Notes: generated by a model from the sequence alone, not told the origin. A stretch of DNA of 64,000 bases from Mobula birostris (GCF_030028105.1 NC_092375.1:164051415-164115414), one strand, 5' to 3'; shown: positions 12,738 through 26,209, counted from the stretch's first letter. A program made the numbers and translations.

Positions 12738-13110
12738 AATTAAAATCAGGTTTAATATCACTGGTTTATGCCATGAAATTTGTTGTTATGCAGTAGCAGT
12801 ACATTGCAATAATAGTAAAAACTGTAAATTACAGTAAATATATAATTATATTTTATAAAGTTAAATTAAATTTCATGCAAAAAGAGAAAAAATAGTGAGG
12901 TAGTCTTCATGAGTTAATTGTCCATTCAGAAATCCGATGGTGGAGGCGAAGAAGGTCTTTCTGAATTACTGAGTGCGTGCCTTCAGGCTGTTGTACCTCC
13001 TCCCTGATGGTAGCAATGAAAAGAGGGCATGTCCTGGCAATGGTGAGGTCCTTAATGGTGATGCCACCTCTTTGAAGGATTGCTCCTTGAAGATGTCCTG
13101 CAGACTTGTT
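12738..13110 (-). mobile_element. Rex1-like LINE 3' end
   Basis: AATCAGGTTTAATATCAC (reverse of the 3' tail), then similarity to the reverse complement of 4800-5200. Confidence 0.8.
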
Positions 13111-13279
13111 CACAGCAGCATCACCGGCACATAAATTCGGACAACACACAGAAAAAGAAATTAACAGTAAATTAAAAAGACAGTTTAAAATAACACATTA
13201 GTGCAAATCAAACATGATCAGAGATCAGTCTGTGATTGTGGAAGTGGTGATCTGTATTGGTCTGTTACTGAGGTAGGAT

Positions 13280-13670
13280 GAGAGTTTTGCAGTTTAATTC
13301 AGGAACCTGATGGCTGCAGGAGAGTATTTGTTCCTAAACCTGGTGGTGTGGGATTTCCGGCTTCTGTATCTTCTTCCCTGTGGTAGCAGCAAGAAGAGGG
13401 CATGACACAGAAGGTGAAGATCCTTCATGGTAGATGCTGACAGCACCTGGCAGATGTTTTCAATGGTGGGAAGGGCTGTACCTGTGATGGACTGGGCTTT
13501 GTCCATTACTCTCTGCAGCCTCTTGCACTCCTGCGCTTTGGTATTGTTGCCCCAGGCCATGATGGAACCAGTCAAGATACTTTTTGTAATGCATCAGTGG
13601 AATTATACAGTATTGGGGGAGTGTCTGATGACATGCTGAGTCTCCTAATGCTTCTATGAAAGTAGAAATG
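13280..13670 (-). mobile_element. Rex1-like LINE fragment (ORF2 C-terminus)
   Basis: Minus ORF AQECKRLQRVMDKAQSITG..LP...LLPQGRRYRS...TTRFRN. Confidence 0.8.
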
Positions 13671-14249
13671 CTACTGTATGAAGTGAGTGGATTTTGGCAT
13701 AAAAAATGAAACAAATTGAAGTGCACATTAGTTCACAAATTGTTGGGCAAGTTGACTTACCAGTTTGGGTACTTGTATTAAATTATGGAAAAGATTAAAG
13801 CACTTTCATTTTGACTGCGATTGGGGCCAATGAACTGCTTGAACAGAGATAAAAAATAAAATGCCTTTTGTATTAAATTAAATACCTTTTGTACAGGCTA
13901 TTTTACTTGTGCTCCTATGTGAATGGGGAAATTTATGTATTTGTCCTGAGGGCTGAACATCAAGTTTGAAAGAAATCTCTCTTCTTTTTTAGAAATCTGT
14001 CCAATTCTATTATTATTTTCTAAGTGTCCTGTTACATTTCTGTAATAATCAGTTCTTTCACAGATATCGGTGTCACCTATAATACTCCATTTTCTCCCTG
14101 ACTGCTGGCCCTGTCAATGTGAAGTGATGTTAAATTGAGTCTCCCCGTGCTTTCTTGGGTATGTACAGTAGATCCTTGGTGCAACTCTGTAAGTTCACTG
14201 CTGCTTATCTCAGCTGCCCAGGTAAACACTTTATCCATCAAGGATCAAT

Positions 14250-14732
14250 TTTATTTGCTATTTCCACTTACATGTATTAGGAATTTACTGTGGTGTGTTG
14301 GTCAGGGAACAACAAACAACAGCATTCAACAATTATAAACAGTAAAGAATTATATGACAATAAAGTTAGAGTTTAAAGTACAGATATGGAATGTGTACAT
14401 AAATACCAGCAGGTATTTATAATGTAAACTGCAATATGAAAAGTGGTTTAAAATATTTACAGTGCAGTACAGTGATGGAGGTAATCTGTAGAGGGGCTGG
14501 CGAGGGGACAACTAGATTGATTGATCAGAGTAACAGCCTGGGAGAAGAAACTCTTAAGATGGCGTGGTTTTGCTATAATAGCACTACAGTGCTTTCCAGT
14601 AGGGAGCTGTTGCAAAAGGCAGTTTGTCGGTTGGATTGTGTCTGCAATGATTTTTCCTGCCCGCTTCTTTGTCCAAGACACATACAAGTCCTCCAGTGAT
14701 GGTAGACTGCAGCCTTTTCTGCTGACCTGACA
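14250..14732 (-). mobile_element. Rex1-like LINE 3' end (different subfamily)
   Basis: Minus ORF GCSLPSLEDLY...KRAGKIIAD...QQLPTGK...LKSFFSQAV. Confidence 0.7.
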
Positions 14733-15534
14733 TTTCAACATTATTAAAACTACCTGGCCATTGTCTACCCGTGCTTTGAGGCAGCTTGCTCTGTCATATT
14801 TTCTAGTTCACTGTAGCGACTACATTTCCTCTGAGATGCTTTGGAGTGATGTAAATGTGAGTTTCTCTCTGTTGTGATACTAATTGCAAAGTATGCAAAT
14901 GAACTGTAGGTGGCAGCATAGGCATTTGCTCTGTCCTTGCATTTGGGGCTACCTACCATGCATATTGAGCACACCCATGTGATTTTTATCATTATTACTA
15001 CACAAACTTATAGTTTATCGCCAGATATTTACTTGTATGACTAAAGTCTTTTGGAGATTCACTACTACAAAATCTTATCCCATTTGGATCTGAATAAGAT
15101 TTTTAAAAGTTTATATGCAGATTAATGACCTCCAAATTCTGACATTGAGTAACATATGACCTTTGGATCATCCACTCATGATGGTAAGGAATTTTCTTAG
15201 TGCATGTAGTAATGTGCGACACCCTTAAATATGAATTTAACATAGAGACAATTCAAAAAATGCCAAGTTGATCACATTTTAAAAGTGATGATCCATTTAA
15301 TTGAAAACAGCATTAACCAGAATGATGCAGTTGTAATGATGGCAAACATCAACAATTGTTGACATTACCTCTGGCAACCATCCAACATCAGGTATCTGCA
15401 GGCATGGAAATTAAGGGTTTGCTGTCATTGTTAATCCAATTCTGCTGCATGAGTACTGACCTAATGTTACTGCTAAATCATCTCACTGGTGCCTGAATGT
15501 TCATTTTTTGTGCGCTATCGAACACTGTCAGATA

Positions 15535-16390
15535 GACCAAAAGCCCATAAGATATAGGAGCAGAATTAGGCCATTTGGCCCATCGAGTCTGCTCCACCAT
15601 TTCATCATGGCTGGTCCATTTCCCTCTCAAACAGATTCTCCTGCCTTCTCCCTGTAAACTTCATACCCTGACTAATCAAGAACCTATCAACCTCTGCCTT
15701 AAATACACCAAATGACCTGACCTCCACAGCAATCTGTGGCAATGAATTCCACAGATGCTCCACTCTCTGTCTAAAGAAATTCCTCCTCATCTCCATTCTA
15801 AATGGACATCCCTCTAATCTGAAACTGTGCCCCCTGGTCTTAAGCTCTCCCACCATAGGAAACATCCTCTCCACTCTATCTAGGCCTTTTAACTTGGCTA
15901 GGTTTCAATGAGCTCCCCCCACCATTCTTCTAAATTCCAGCGAGTCCAGGCCCTGAGCCATCAATCACTCCTCATACAATAAACTTTTCATTTCTGTAAT
16001 CATTCCCACGAACCTTCTTTGAACCACCTCCAATGTCAGCACATCGTTTCTTAGATAAGGGGCCCAAAACTGCTCATAATACTTCAAGTGAGGCCTCACT
16101 AGTGCCTTATCAAACCTTAGTATTACATCTTTGCTTTTATATTCTAGTCCTCTTGCAATTAATGCTAACATTGCCTTCCTCACCACCAACTCAAGCTACA
16201 AGTTAACCTTTAGAGAATCCTGCACAAGGACTTCCAAGTCCCCTTGCACCTCAGATTTTTAATTTCTGCCCTGTTTAGAAAACAGTCTATGCTTTTGTTT
16301 CTTCTACCAAAGAGCACAACCATACATTTCCTAACACTGTATTTATCTGCCACTTCTTTGCCCATTCTCCTCATCTGTCTAAGATGTCCA
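15535..16390 (-). mobile_element. CR1 LINE 3' fragment
   Basis: Minus ORFs LIARGLEYKSKDV..ALVRPHLKY..QFWAPY and KTRGHSF...RRNFFRQRV..LWNSLP; tail CCATAAGATATAGGAGCAGAATTAGG. Confidence 0.88.
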
Positions 16391-17129
16391 AGATGAATAC
16401 TTCAGACTCTCAATACATGAATAAAACTATTTATTTTTTAAAGTTTATGATCTTTCAGCTCAGCGATTAATCACATGTACATGGCCCAATCTCTGTTTCT
16501 CTAAGTGCAAAATATTATCAAAATGTAGAAGTTCAAACATTTCACTTCTTGGTTTGCAGTCTTTGAGAATGTTTTTTTTTTAATCTGTTCTCAAGCCAGG
16601 AGGACAAGTGGTGTGGTCCTATGCTGTCAGCTGCCTTTAATGGTTGAGGCTGGAAGGTTGGTAGGTGCTTTTGGAATAGCTTTAGTGGGTAACAGCTCAC
16701 TATAAAGTGGGTAGCGATGCAGTGGTGATGGTAGAGGTTTAAATGCCAAGGATAATGGATTGTTGTTGAACTTTCTCAGTTATTGGGCCTGCATTTATTT
16801 AGTTAAGTGGAAAGTATTTCCTTATGCTACTGATCTATAAATGGTGCTACAAGGTGACTCAGTCAAAGTGGGATACCTGCTTTTGGAACCACAGAATTTA
16901 TGCAGTTAGCTCAGTTGAACTTCTGGTCAATGATGGCCCCAAAGTGTGATGGTGAGGAACTTGCCCTTTGAATATCAAAGGTAGATGACTGTATGCTCTC
17001 CTTTTGGAATAGTCTTTGGCAGTTGTGTGGCACAAATTGTAAATTCTTATGCTGCAGAACTTGGGTATTCATCTTGAAAAAGCTGTCAAAAAACTAGTTT
17101 TCAGAGGCTAAGCATTTGACCTCTTACTT

Positions 17130-17490
17130 AAACCCCACTGAGACTCTCCCCCTTTCCTCATTTAACTCTATCGGCATATCCACCTCTCTTTTTACTCACT
17201 TCCTCTTAAGTACATTTAGTATGCCATCAAGTTCTGATCTCCAAAGCTGAAGTGCTCACAGGTTACCTGTTCTGTCAAAGTACTCACAATTGCCCAGATT
17301 TCTGTTGGGTGACTCATCGGTCTTTACAAGAGAAAAGAGACACAAACTGTTCATTCTGTCCTGAAAGTTAGAACATATCATATCCAGTATCATCCTTCTC
17401 AATCTCTTGGCAACCCTCTCAGTCCCTTCTGTATATATTTTATAATGTGGTGACTTGTCTACCCTGTGCATTTGAAATAGAAACACGCTA
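17130..17490 (-). mobile_element. Old, highly decayed CR1 fragment
   Basis: Minus ORF SPHYK..ERVAKRLRRMI..DRMNSLCLFSL. Confidence 0.5.
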
Positions 17491-19044
17491 AAGTCCTATC
17501 CCTTTTAAAACGTGCCTTATTCGCTCTTCAGATGCCTTACTACTTTACATGGTCAATTTTAGTGAATTGTGCACTTCTGTTCTCAGATCCCTTTGCTTTA
17601 TTACCCAGTCAAATTAATTCTCAAATAAGATTTCTGTTTTCTTTTTATTAAATGATATAGGATATATGAAATTCTGTTTTACATCTTGTGCTCCTGCACA
17701 TTGAATGCACTGAACCAAAGGCTACACTTGTACAGTCAATCTACCAATTAGGTTTACTGGTGCAATATCGGTAAATCAACAACTGTTCAATTTCTAAACT
17801 TCTTTTTAGTATGTTTACTTGTCCAGGCAATTTTTAATCCAATGGTCAGATTTGATTCTGCTGAAGACAACATTCAATGTTATTGTGAGTTTAATGAATT
17901 CAGTGGAGTGGAACAATTTGTTTAGATTGGAGCTGGTTCAAACTGGTCTATATTTTCATGTCAAGTAATAATAGTGGCCTAATACCCCAGTTTTTTGGGT
18001 CTGCGATATTTTTGTTCATCCTCCCTGAAGGCATATCAAATTAACACACGATGAGACAGGTATTGATTTGAACTGCTAAGCTCATATTTCACATTGCAGT
18101 GAAGTTACTGTAGTTAAAGTAGTTAGAGATTTGTTTTGTTGAACAGTACTTCAGTGCTGATCATTAAATTGCAACCATCTTCTTTTATTCCTGTGCATTG
18201 TGACCTATTGAGTCCGCATTTCCTGAGGCCATTCTGCTTGAGCAGATTGGACTGCTGGATTGACATCTGGATATCTTGTCTTTTTGTTTCCTCTCTCCCT
18301 CTTCACAGACTGAGATCAAAGACTTTTCCAACACATTATCTATAAGTGGTTTTCTGATTACCCAGCCAAGCTCACACTGTTTATTATTCGGTCTCAGGTG
18401 TCTGGGAACAGCTTCTGTTTGGCATAACAACAAAAAAGTTGTACTTGTGAAGCCCCTGGCGCCAAGGAAATATATAGGAGTAAAAAACTTTTACTGTTTT
18501 AAAGGAAGAAAGCAGCTGAAAGCTGGAGGAGTATAATCAATTAATTTAATAGCTTGGGGCCTTCATGGTTAAATACATAACAATAATGGAAAGATTAAAA
18601 TTGGAACTGACTAGATAACAGAATTGAAGGAATGTAGTTACCACAGAGATTTGTAGAAGTGGAAGTGATTGCAGTAAGGGGGATGTTGAGGTTGCTAAGA
18701 GATTAGGGGGGAAGAAATTTAAAAATCAAGTTGTTCCTTAACCAGGAGTCTCTATCAATGAGGGAAGAACATATCAGGTTGATGGATTAATGGCATGGTG
18801 TGAATAAGGACAATGAGCAGCAGATTTTGGAGAATTTATGAAATAGTTTGTGGATGTTTAAGAACTGGCCAGGAGTTCCTCAGGTAACTCAAGTCTAAAG
18901 GTAACCTATGCAGGGCTGCAGATTTTGGCAATGGATGAGCTGTGACATACGCAGATGTGGGAGAGGTTAGAATGGAGGAAATTGGCAGCTGTAAATTCTT
19001 GAATATTTACTGAGTTTCATAGTAACCAGGATAGGATTTAACTA

Positions 19045-21630
19045 AGAAATTGAAATTGTTAGTACTATTTCCTGTACACAAGTGCAAAGGAGAACTTTGC
19101 TGCTCTAGATCCATTGCAGCACAGAAATACCCACAAAAGATAAAGAAAAATAATAATTCTAAAAACACGATGAATATAAATAAATAAAATGCCTTGTATA
19201 CATAGATTGTTTGTACGTCCATAAAGTGATGCTAGGCTGTACGTAAGGTGACTGAGAGGAAACAATAAAGTAGTGGTGGAGTTAGTGGGTTGAAGTGTTG
19301 GCCAGCTTTACTGCCTGGAGAAAGTAACTTTTTGAGTCTGGTGGTCCTGTCGTGGTTGCTACGTTGCCTCCTCCCTGAGGGGAATGGGACAGGATGGGAG
19401 GGATCCTTCATGATGTTACTGCCCCTTTACCGGCACCTTTCTGTATCTGTCCTTGGTGGTGGCTAGGCTGATGCCAGTGATGCATTAAGTGGTTTTGTCC
19501 ACCTGTCAGAGCCTTCCTGTCCACTGCAGTGCAGTTTCTGTCCCAAACAATGCGCAGCTTGTCACGATTCTGTAGAACACCATGTTTATGGAGTATGGAC
19601 TCTCAGTCTCCTCATATAGTAGAGGATTTGGTGAGCTTTCTTAACTGTGTATATGATGTGCATTCCCAGGAATTTGAAACTCTTTGCAGTTTCCAGTGCT
19701 CTGCCGCCAGTGTAAAGGGAGGTGTGAGTTCTCCTGAAGTCAATAACCATCTCTTTCATCTTGTTGACACTGAGGAAGAGGTTATTTGCCTGGCACCAGG
19801 CCTTGATCCCTTCCACCTTCTCTCCGTAGTTCATCTCATCATTGTTAATAGTGAGCCCTGCCACTGTTGAGTCATCGATGAACTTGGCAATGTGATTGCT
19901 CGGATGTTTCGCTGTGCAATCATGTGAGAGCAGAGTGTATATCAATGGGCTCAGCCCACGGTCCTGGGGGGCACCCGCGCTGAGGGTGATGGGAAGTGAG
20001 GGGTGGTTCTGCATCCTGAATATATGTTTGTTGGGAAGTCCAACAACAATTGCACAGTGGTGTATTTAGACTGAGGAGTAGGAGTTTGTTCACCACGGTC
20101 TGTGGGACGATAGTGTCGAATGTCAAACTGAAATCCAGAAACAGCTTTCTGACATAAATGTCCTTGTTTTTTTAGGTGCATCAGGGACCAGGTGCACAGC
20201 AGATGCTATGGCATCTGTCGCAGAGCAGTTCTGTTGCTAAGCATATTGGTGAGTCCCCAATGCATTCGGGTGAGGGTTAGGAAAGGAGATTTGGTATGTG
20301 CCATTATCAGCCATTCAAAGCACTTCATAATGATTGTTGTCAGTGACCCCAGGCAATAGTCATTTAGGTGTAGAGTTCTTTAGTATAGGGATGATGGTGG
20401 CTGATTTCAAGCAAGTGAGCACAACAGCCTGGATGAGTGAAGTGCTGAAGATGTACGTGAAGATATCAGTGAGCTGGTGTGCACACTCACTGAGGACTCG
20501 GCCTGGGATGTTGTCTGGCCCGGCTCCCTTGTGGAGTTGACTCTCTGCAGAGTCCTCCTCACATCCGCTGCCCTTAAAGACGGCGGCTGCTCACCTGAGT
20601 GGAGTGTAGCTTTCGTGGCTGGCGTTACGTTGCATACCTCAAGGCATGCATAGGAGTTGTTTAGAGCATCAGGGAGGGAGGGTCACTGGTACAGTTGACA
20701 TTGTTTTTCCTTGCGTAGTCAGTAATGCCCTTTGTGTCCGGCCATGTACGTCTGGAATCATTATCGGTGTTCCGGAATTCTCTGTGCATCAGCAGTCTTT
20801 GCCTTCTTGATGCCTAAAATGAGGATTCTCGTGGTTGCTCTGAGAGCTGTACTATGACGAGAGTTGAAGGCAGCATCCCAGGCTTTTAGTGAGGGGTGCA
20901 CCTCTACGTTCAGCCAGGGCTGCTGGTTGGGCCGTGAGATAACCATTTTTGCGGTACCAGTTTTGTCTGCACACTCACAGATGAGGTATGTTCCTCAAAG
21001 GACAATGCCTTCTCCGTTTACGGTGGCCTCCTTGAACATCTGCCAGTCTGTCCATTCAAAACAATCCTGAAGCACGAGGGTTGCCTCATTAGGCCATACA
21101 GTCATGGTCCTCTTGACTGGTTTCTGCATTTTCAGCAGTGGTTGGTATGCCGGGATTAACACTATGGAGATGTGGTCAGAGGCCAAGATGAGGGCCTAGG
21201 ATGGCTTTGTAAGTACCGAGTCTGTTTATGTAAATATGGTCCAGTGTGTTTGTTCCCCTTGTGTCCATGGTGATGTGTTGGGGGAATTTGGTAAAAATAC
21301 CCTGCAGGTTAACATGATTGAAGTCACCTGCAGTTATGAGGAGACCGTCCAGATGCTTGTTTTGGAGAGAGTTGATGATACTGTAAAGCTCTCGCAGTGC
21401 GTCCTTGGCATTTGAGCTTGGGGAGGAGGTAGACAGCGGTGATGAACACAACGGTAAACACTTGAACGGGTAATGTGGCTGACATTTAATTGTATGATGC
21501 TCTATTTCCTCAGAACAGTGACTGCTAACTACAGATGAGTTTGTGCACCAACATTTGTTAATGTACACGCAGATTCCACCTTCTTTGGATTTCCCCGACA
21601 GGGAGTTCCTGTCTGCATGGAACTGAGTCC
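19045..21630 (-). mobile_element. Rex1/Babar-like LINE, most of ORF2 (endonuclease plus RT), decayed
   Basis: Minus ORFs: MYINKCWC..ITAGDFNH..TRGTNTLDH..SDH (APE endonuclease); LQDCFEWTDW; NQQPWLN; GAPQ..LSPL..KFIDDST..WCQANNLFLSVNK.KEMVIDFR (RT). Confidence 0.9.
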
Positions 21631-22273
21631 GTGAAGAAGATGGCAGTTTGTCATCAAAACGTCGGCACCTGGCTGGAACCCTGAAAAGAGTTTATTCATA
21701 ATAATATAGGAAATTTCTCAGTGAATCAGCGATCTAAGGACTTTATGCACCCATATAAGTCACATTGACAATTTTGGTAAATTCAAAAGAAATTGCATCT
21801 GTGAATACACCTGGGAGATCTGCTTGTTTAAATGAATTCATTTTCAAAAAAGTGTAAACTATCTAAAGAAAAGAATAAGTTAGACAAGTGCTGCAATGTG
21901 TTTGGAATTTGCTTTTTGTCACAGCCCTGTTAACGTTTAATGTCGGAAAGTCTCCTTCCCAGGAATGGCAGACTGGTGCCGAGACTCAGTTTGACTGTAG
22001 TGGGAAGATTATTTCCTCCAAGGAAGTAATCATTGCTTCCGAAATGTAAGTTTTTATGGTGTTAAAGCTAAAATGCAATACTGACCAATTACAGAAGATG
22101 TACGAATGTATGTGCAGTAAAACACCTTTAATCCAGCAGGTTTGTGTCTGAGATGGGGCTGGAGTAGCAGACTTTCCTGCTTTTAGCATGTTATACATAT
22201 TATCCCTAAGCATATCTGGAATTCATATTTAATACTGCATAGTACTATAATATGCCTTCCAGTGAATCCAGTA

Positions 22274-22505
22274 ACTTTAAAGGCAGTGTGGGAAATGGTG
22301 ACCTGGTGAGTTGAAAGGGAGCATGGGAAACAGGGCCTCAGTGTTTTAAAGACCATACAGGAAACAAAGCCATGGCGAGCTTAAGAAGAGCTCACCATGT
22401 GGGGCATGGGTAGTTTAAAGGGAACATGGGGAAAAAGGAGGCGCCACTGACTTTAAAGGGTGTATGAGACCACTGTGAGTTACAAGGGAGTGTGGAGAAG
22501 CCCAG
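22274..22505. repeat. Degenerate minisatellite with ~33-37-bp units
   Basis: About seven recurrences of a (G/C)TTTAAAGGGAGYRTGGGAAA-like unit. Confidence 0.5.
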
Positions 22506-22545
22506 TGCAAGTACATCAAGAATTCTGAATAGATGGGTAGTGGAT

Positions 22546-23455
22546 AATCAGAATCAGGTTTATTATCACCGGCATGTGTTGTGAAATTTGTTAACTTAGC
22601 AGCAGCAGTTCAATGCAGTACATAATACAGAAGAAGAAAAAAGTAATAAAATAATAATAATAATTAAATAAGTAAATCAATTACAGTATACGTATATCGG
22701 ATAGATTAAAAATTGTGCAAAAAATATATATTAAAAAAGTGAGGGAGTGTTCATGGGTTCAATGTCCATTTAGGATGGCAGAGGGGAAGAAGCTGTTTCT
22801 GTATCTCCTACCTGACGGTAACAGTGAGAAAAGGGCATATCCTGGGTGCTGGAGGTCCTTAATAAAGGACGCTGCCTTTCTGAGACACCGCTCCTTGAGG
22901 ATGTCCTGGGTACTTTGTAGGCTAGTACCCAAGATGGAGCTGACTAAATTTACAGCCCTTTGCAGCTTCTTTCGGTCCTGTGCAGTAGCCCCTCCATACC
23001 AGTCAGTGATGCAGCCTGTCAGAATGCTGTCCACAGTACATCTATAGAAGTTTTTGAGTGCATTTGTTGACATACCAAATGTTTTCAAACTCTTAATGAA
23101 GTATCGTCACTGTCTTGCCTTCTTTATAACTACATCGATAAGGTGGGACCAGGTTAGGTTCCTCAAAGATCTTGACTCCCAGGAACTTGAAACTGCTCAC
23201 TCTCTGCACTTCTGATCCCTCTATGAGGATTGGCCTTCATCTTACCCTTCCTGAAGTCCACAATCAGCTCTTACGTCTTACTAACATTGAGTACAAGGTT
23301 GTTGCTGTGACACCACTCCACTAGTTGGCATATCTCACTCCTGTACACCCTCTCGTCTCCATCTGAGATTCTAGCAACAATGGTTGTATCAGCAGCAAAT
23401 TTATGGGTGGTATTTCAGCTATGCCTAGCCACACAGTCATGTGTATAGAGATAGT
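22546..23455 (-). mobile_element. Rex1-like LINE 3' fragment
   Basis: AATCAGAATCAGGTTTATTATCAC tail; minus ORF NFYRCTVDSILTGCITDWYG..AQDRKKLQR..LLPSGRRYR. Confidence 0.9.
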
Positions 23456-23459
23456 AGCA

Positions 23460-24390
23460 AACATCATGAAATTTGTTGTTAATGCAGCATCAGTACATAT
23501 AAATAACAATAAGAAAAATGTTAACATTTTAAATTAATAAGTAGTGCAAAAAGAGGGCAAAAATAATGAGGTTGTTTTTATGGGTTCATTGTCCATTCAG
23601 AAATCTGATGGCAGAGGGGAAGAAACATTGAGTATGTGTCTTCGGACTCCTGTACCACGTCCTTGATGGTACCAGTGAAAAGAGGGCACGCCTGTGTGGT
23701 GGGGGTCCTTCATGCCAGATGCCACCTGTTTGAGGCATCACCTTTTGAAGATGTCCTCGATGCTGGGGAGGCTAGTTCCCACGATGGAGCTGGCTGAGTT
23801 TCTAACTTTCTGCAGCTTTTTCCAATCCTGTGCAGCGGCCCCTGCATGCCAGGTGACGATGCAACCAGTTAGAATATTCTCCACAGTACATCTGTAGAAA
23901 CTTGCGAGTGTTTTTGGTGACATTCAAATCCTCAAAATTTGACTGAAATATAGTCACTGTTGTGCCTTCTTGATAATTGCATCAATATTTTGGGCCCAGG
24001 ATAGATTGTCAGAGATGTCAACACCCAGGAACTCCAGGAACTTGAAGCTGTTCACTCTTTCTACTGCTGATCCCTCGATGAGGACTGATATGAGGACTCC
24101 CCCTTCCTGAACTCAACAATCATTTTCTTGCTCCTGCTGACACTAAGTGCAAGGTTGTTGCTGTGACACCACTCAAATAGCTGATCTATCTCGCTCCTGT
24201 ACGCCTCCTCGGCACCATCCGAAGTTCTGCCAACAACAGCTGCCTCATCGGCAAGTTTATAGATAGCATTTCAGCTGTGCCCAGCCACACAGTTGTGGGT
24301 GCAAAGAGAGTAGAGCAGTAGGCCAAACACACATCCTTGAATTGCAGCAGTGTTGATTGCCAGCAAGGACAAGATGTTATTTCCAATCTG
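23460..24390 (-). mobile_element. Rex1-like LINE 3' fragment, tandem to the preceding copy
   Basis: Minus ORF FYRCTVENILTGCIVTW..AQDWKKLQKV. Confidence 0.85.
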
Positions 24391-24879
24391 CCCTGTAGGA
24401 TTCTGATGTTTTAATCCAAGGTTCTCTTAGAAGTCAGGAAAGAGGCTCAAAACTTGTTGCTTCATGATCATTTTTTAAAGAGATCATAAAACAAAGGGAA
24501 GTTGTAACGAATAGTGAGAGGGGTCTATTAGTTGAAGAAGAGTGAGAAACTATGTAAACCTAGCATTAAAACAACTATTTTTATACTATTCAGATACTAT
24601 TCAAATTCCATTCAAATCTGTAGATAAGAGACAACCAATTTGAAAGTACTCATTTGAATACTGCAATACCAAATTAGCCAATAAGAAAGCACTTGGTCAC
24701 TTCATGCAGAATAAAGAAACCTGCGGAGTCTTCCAGAATTACACTTTGTATAGCCACTATAGGCTATTAAACTGTTATACATATAAGAACTACTTAAAAT
24801 ACAAGTATATAATTAATTGTTAAACTGCAAAGAAAATAACAATTAATTAGTCTAATAAGAATTAAACAATCAGATCCAC

Positions 24880-25230
24880 CAGCACTGACTGTGGCCTCCC
24901 AATGAAGAAGTTAAGCATCCATTTGCAGAGGGAGGTACAGAGGCCCAGGTTTTGGGGCTTGTTAATTGGAGATGAGGATGTGATGGTGTTGAATGCTGAG
25001 CTGTAATCAACAAACAGCAGGCTGATGTTGGTTTGCTGACACAACTATTGGCCGGGTGATCCGAGGCTGAGCTGAGAGCTGTAGACTTTTCGGCAAATTG
25101 CAGTTGGTGCCGGCTCGTGCTTGGGCAGGAGTTGATTCTGGTGACCAACCTCCCAAAGCACTTCATCATAGTAGATATGAGTGCAACTGGGTGATAGTTG
25201 TAGAGGCAACTCACCTTGCTCTTCTTGTAT
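24880..25230 (-). mobile_element. Rex1-like RT fragment
   Basis: YHPVALISTMMKCFGRLV and [13 protein letters not shown] motifs. Confidence 0.85.
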
Positions 25231-25315
25231 TACAATACTACTGCAGACTCAATTAAAAAAAAATTGTCATTGCAGTGATTATAATTTTTGAAAATGAGAT
25301 TGTATATACAGGTAA

Positions 25316-25597
25316 CACACATCAAAGTTGCTGGTGAACGCAGCAGGCCAAGCAGCATCTGTAGGAAGAGGTGCAGTCAATGTTTCAGGCCGAGACCCTT
25401 TGTCAGGACTAACTCCCCCTCCCCCTCCAACTTTCAAATCCCTTACTCACTCTTCCTTCAGTTAGTCCTGACGAAGGGTCTCGGCCTGAAACGTCGACTG
25501 CACCTCTTCCTAGAGATGCTGCTTGGCCTGCTGCGTTCACCAGCAACTTTGATGTGTGTTGCTTGAATTTCCAGCATCTGCAGAATTCCTGTTGTTT
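25316..25597 (+). mobile_element. Fold-back hammerhead-bearing retro-insertion (Penelope-type) with perfect 16-bp TSD
   Basis: TSD TTGTATATACAGGTAA at 25300-25315 and 25598-25613. Inverted arms of 101 bp at 25314-25414 and 25460-25560 (4 mismatches). 3' tail TTCCAGCATCTGCAG. Confidence 0.85.
25463..25500 (+). ncRNA. Minimal type-I hammerhead ribozyme motif (predicted cleavage after GUC at 25495)
   Basis: TAGTC (helix I) - CTGACGA (core) - AGG GTCTCGG CCT (helix II) - GAAA CG TC (minimal palindromic helix III plus NUH site) - GACTG (helix I'). Confidence 0.72.
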
Positions 25598-26209
25598 TTG
25601 TATATACAGGTAATTCATTAATTATTTCAAATTATGCTTTTCAGTACAATTGATTTTTTTTTTGCTGACTCATTTTCAGCCAATGCAATATTAGTGGAAT
25701 TGAGTGTTCAGCTTCAACTAATTACTTACAAAGAAAACAATTCAATTTCTACTATTATTTTGCTTTTTTAAAAAAGTCCAAAAATAGTCACAGAGCCTGA
25801 AGTTTATTTTATGCAGTACATTCATTTGCAAGTGAGTCTCAGCAAATGAAAGCAGAACCACTGGATCGCAGATAATGACCTTAAAGCAATAATTAGCCTG
25901 CCAATGATGAGTATTGAGCTTGATGTTCTCAAAATTGTTTCCTGTTGTCAATGAGATAGCATCTCCTTGTAAAAGTGCATTGTTTTAATAATTATAGTTC
26001 CATTTTATTTGTAATGCAATTCAGTGAAATCAAAATTCCAAATTGTTGAGGCTTCATGACTGAATAAGATTGCACAAAGGATTCAAATAATTATGGTGTC
26101 AAACACACAAAATTAACAATCATAATTTCCTGCATTTTAAATAAGGAAGCCATTTTCACTTATTATTTGAAACCTGTAGTAATTAATTTATTATTAATCT
26201 GCAGCAATG

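Noticed and set aside
25314-25560. Fold-back elements as MITEs or pre-miRNAs
   Set aside because: Long variable TSDs, an asymmetric 3' tail outside the inverted repeat and variable fold points fit retro-insertion. No miRNA evidence is available from sequence alone.
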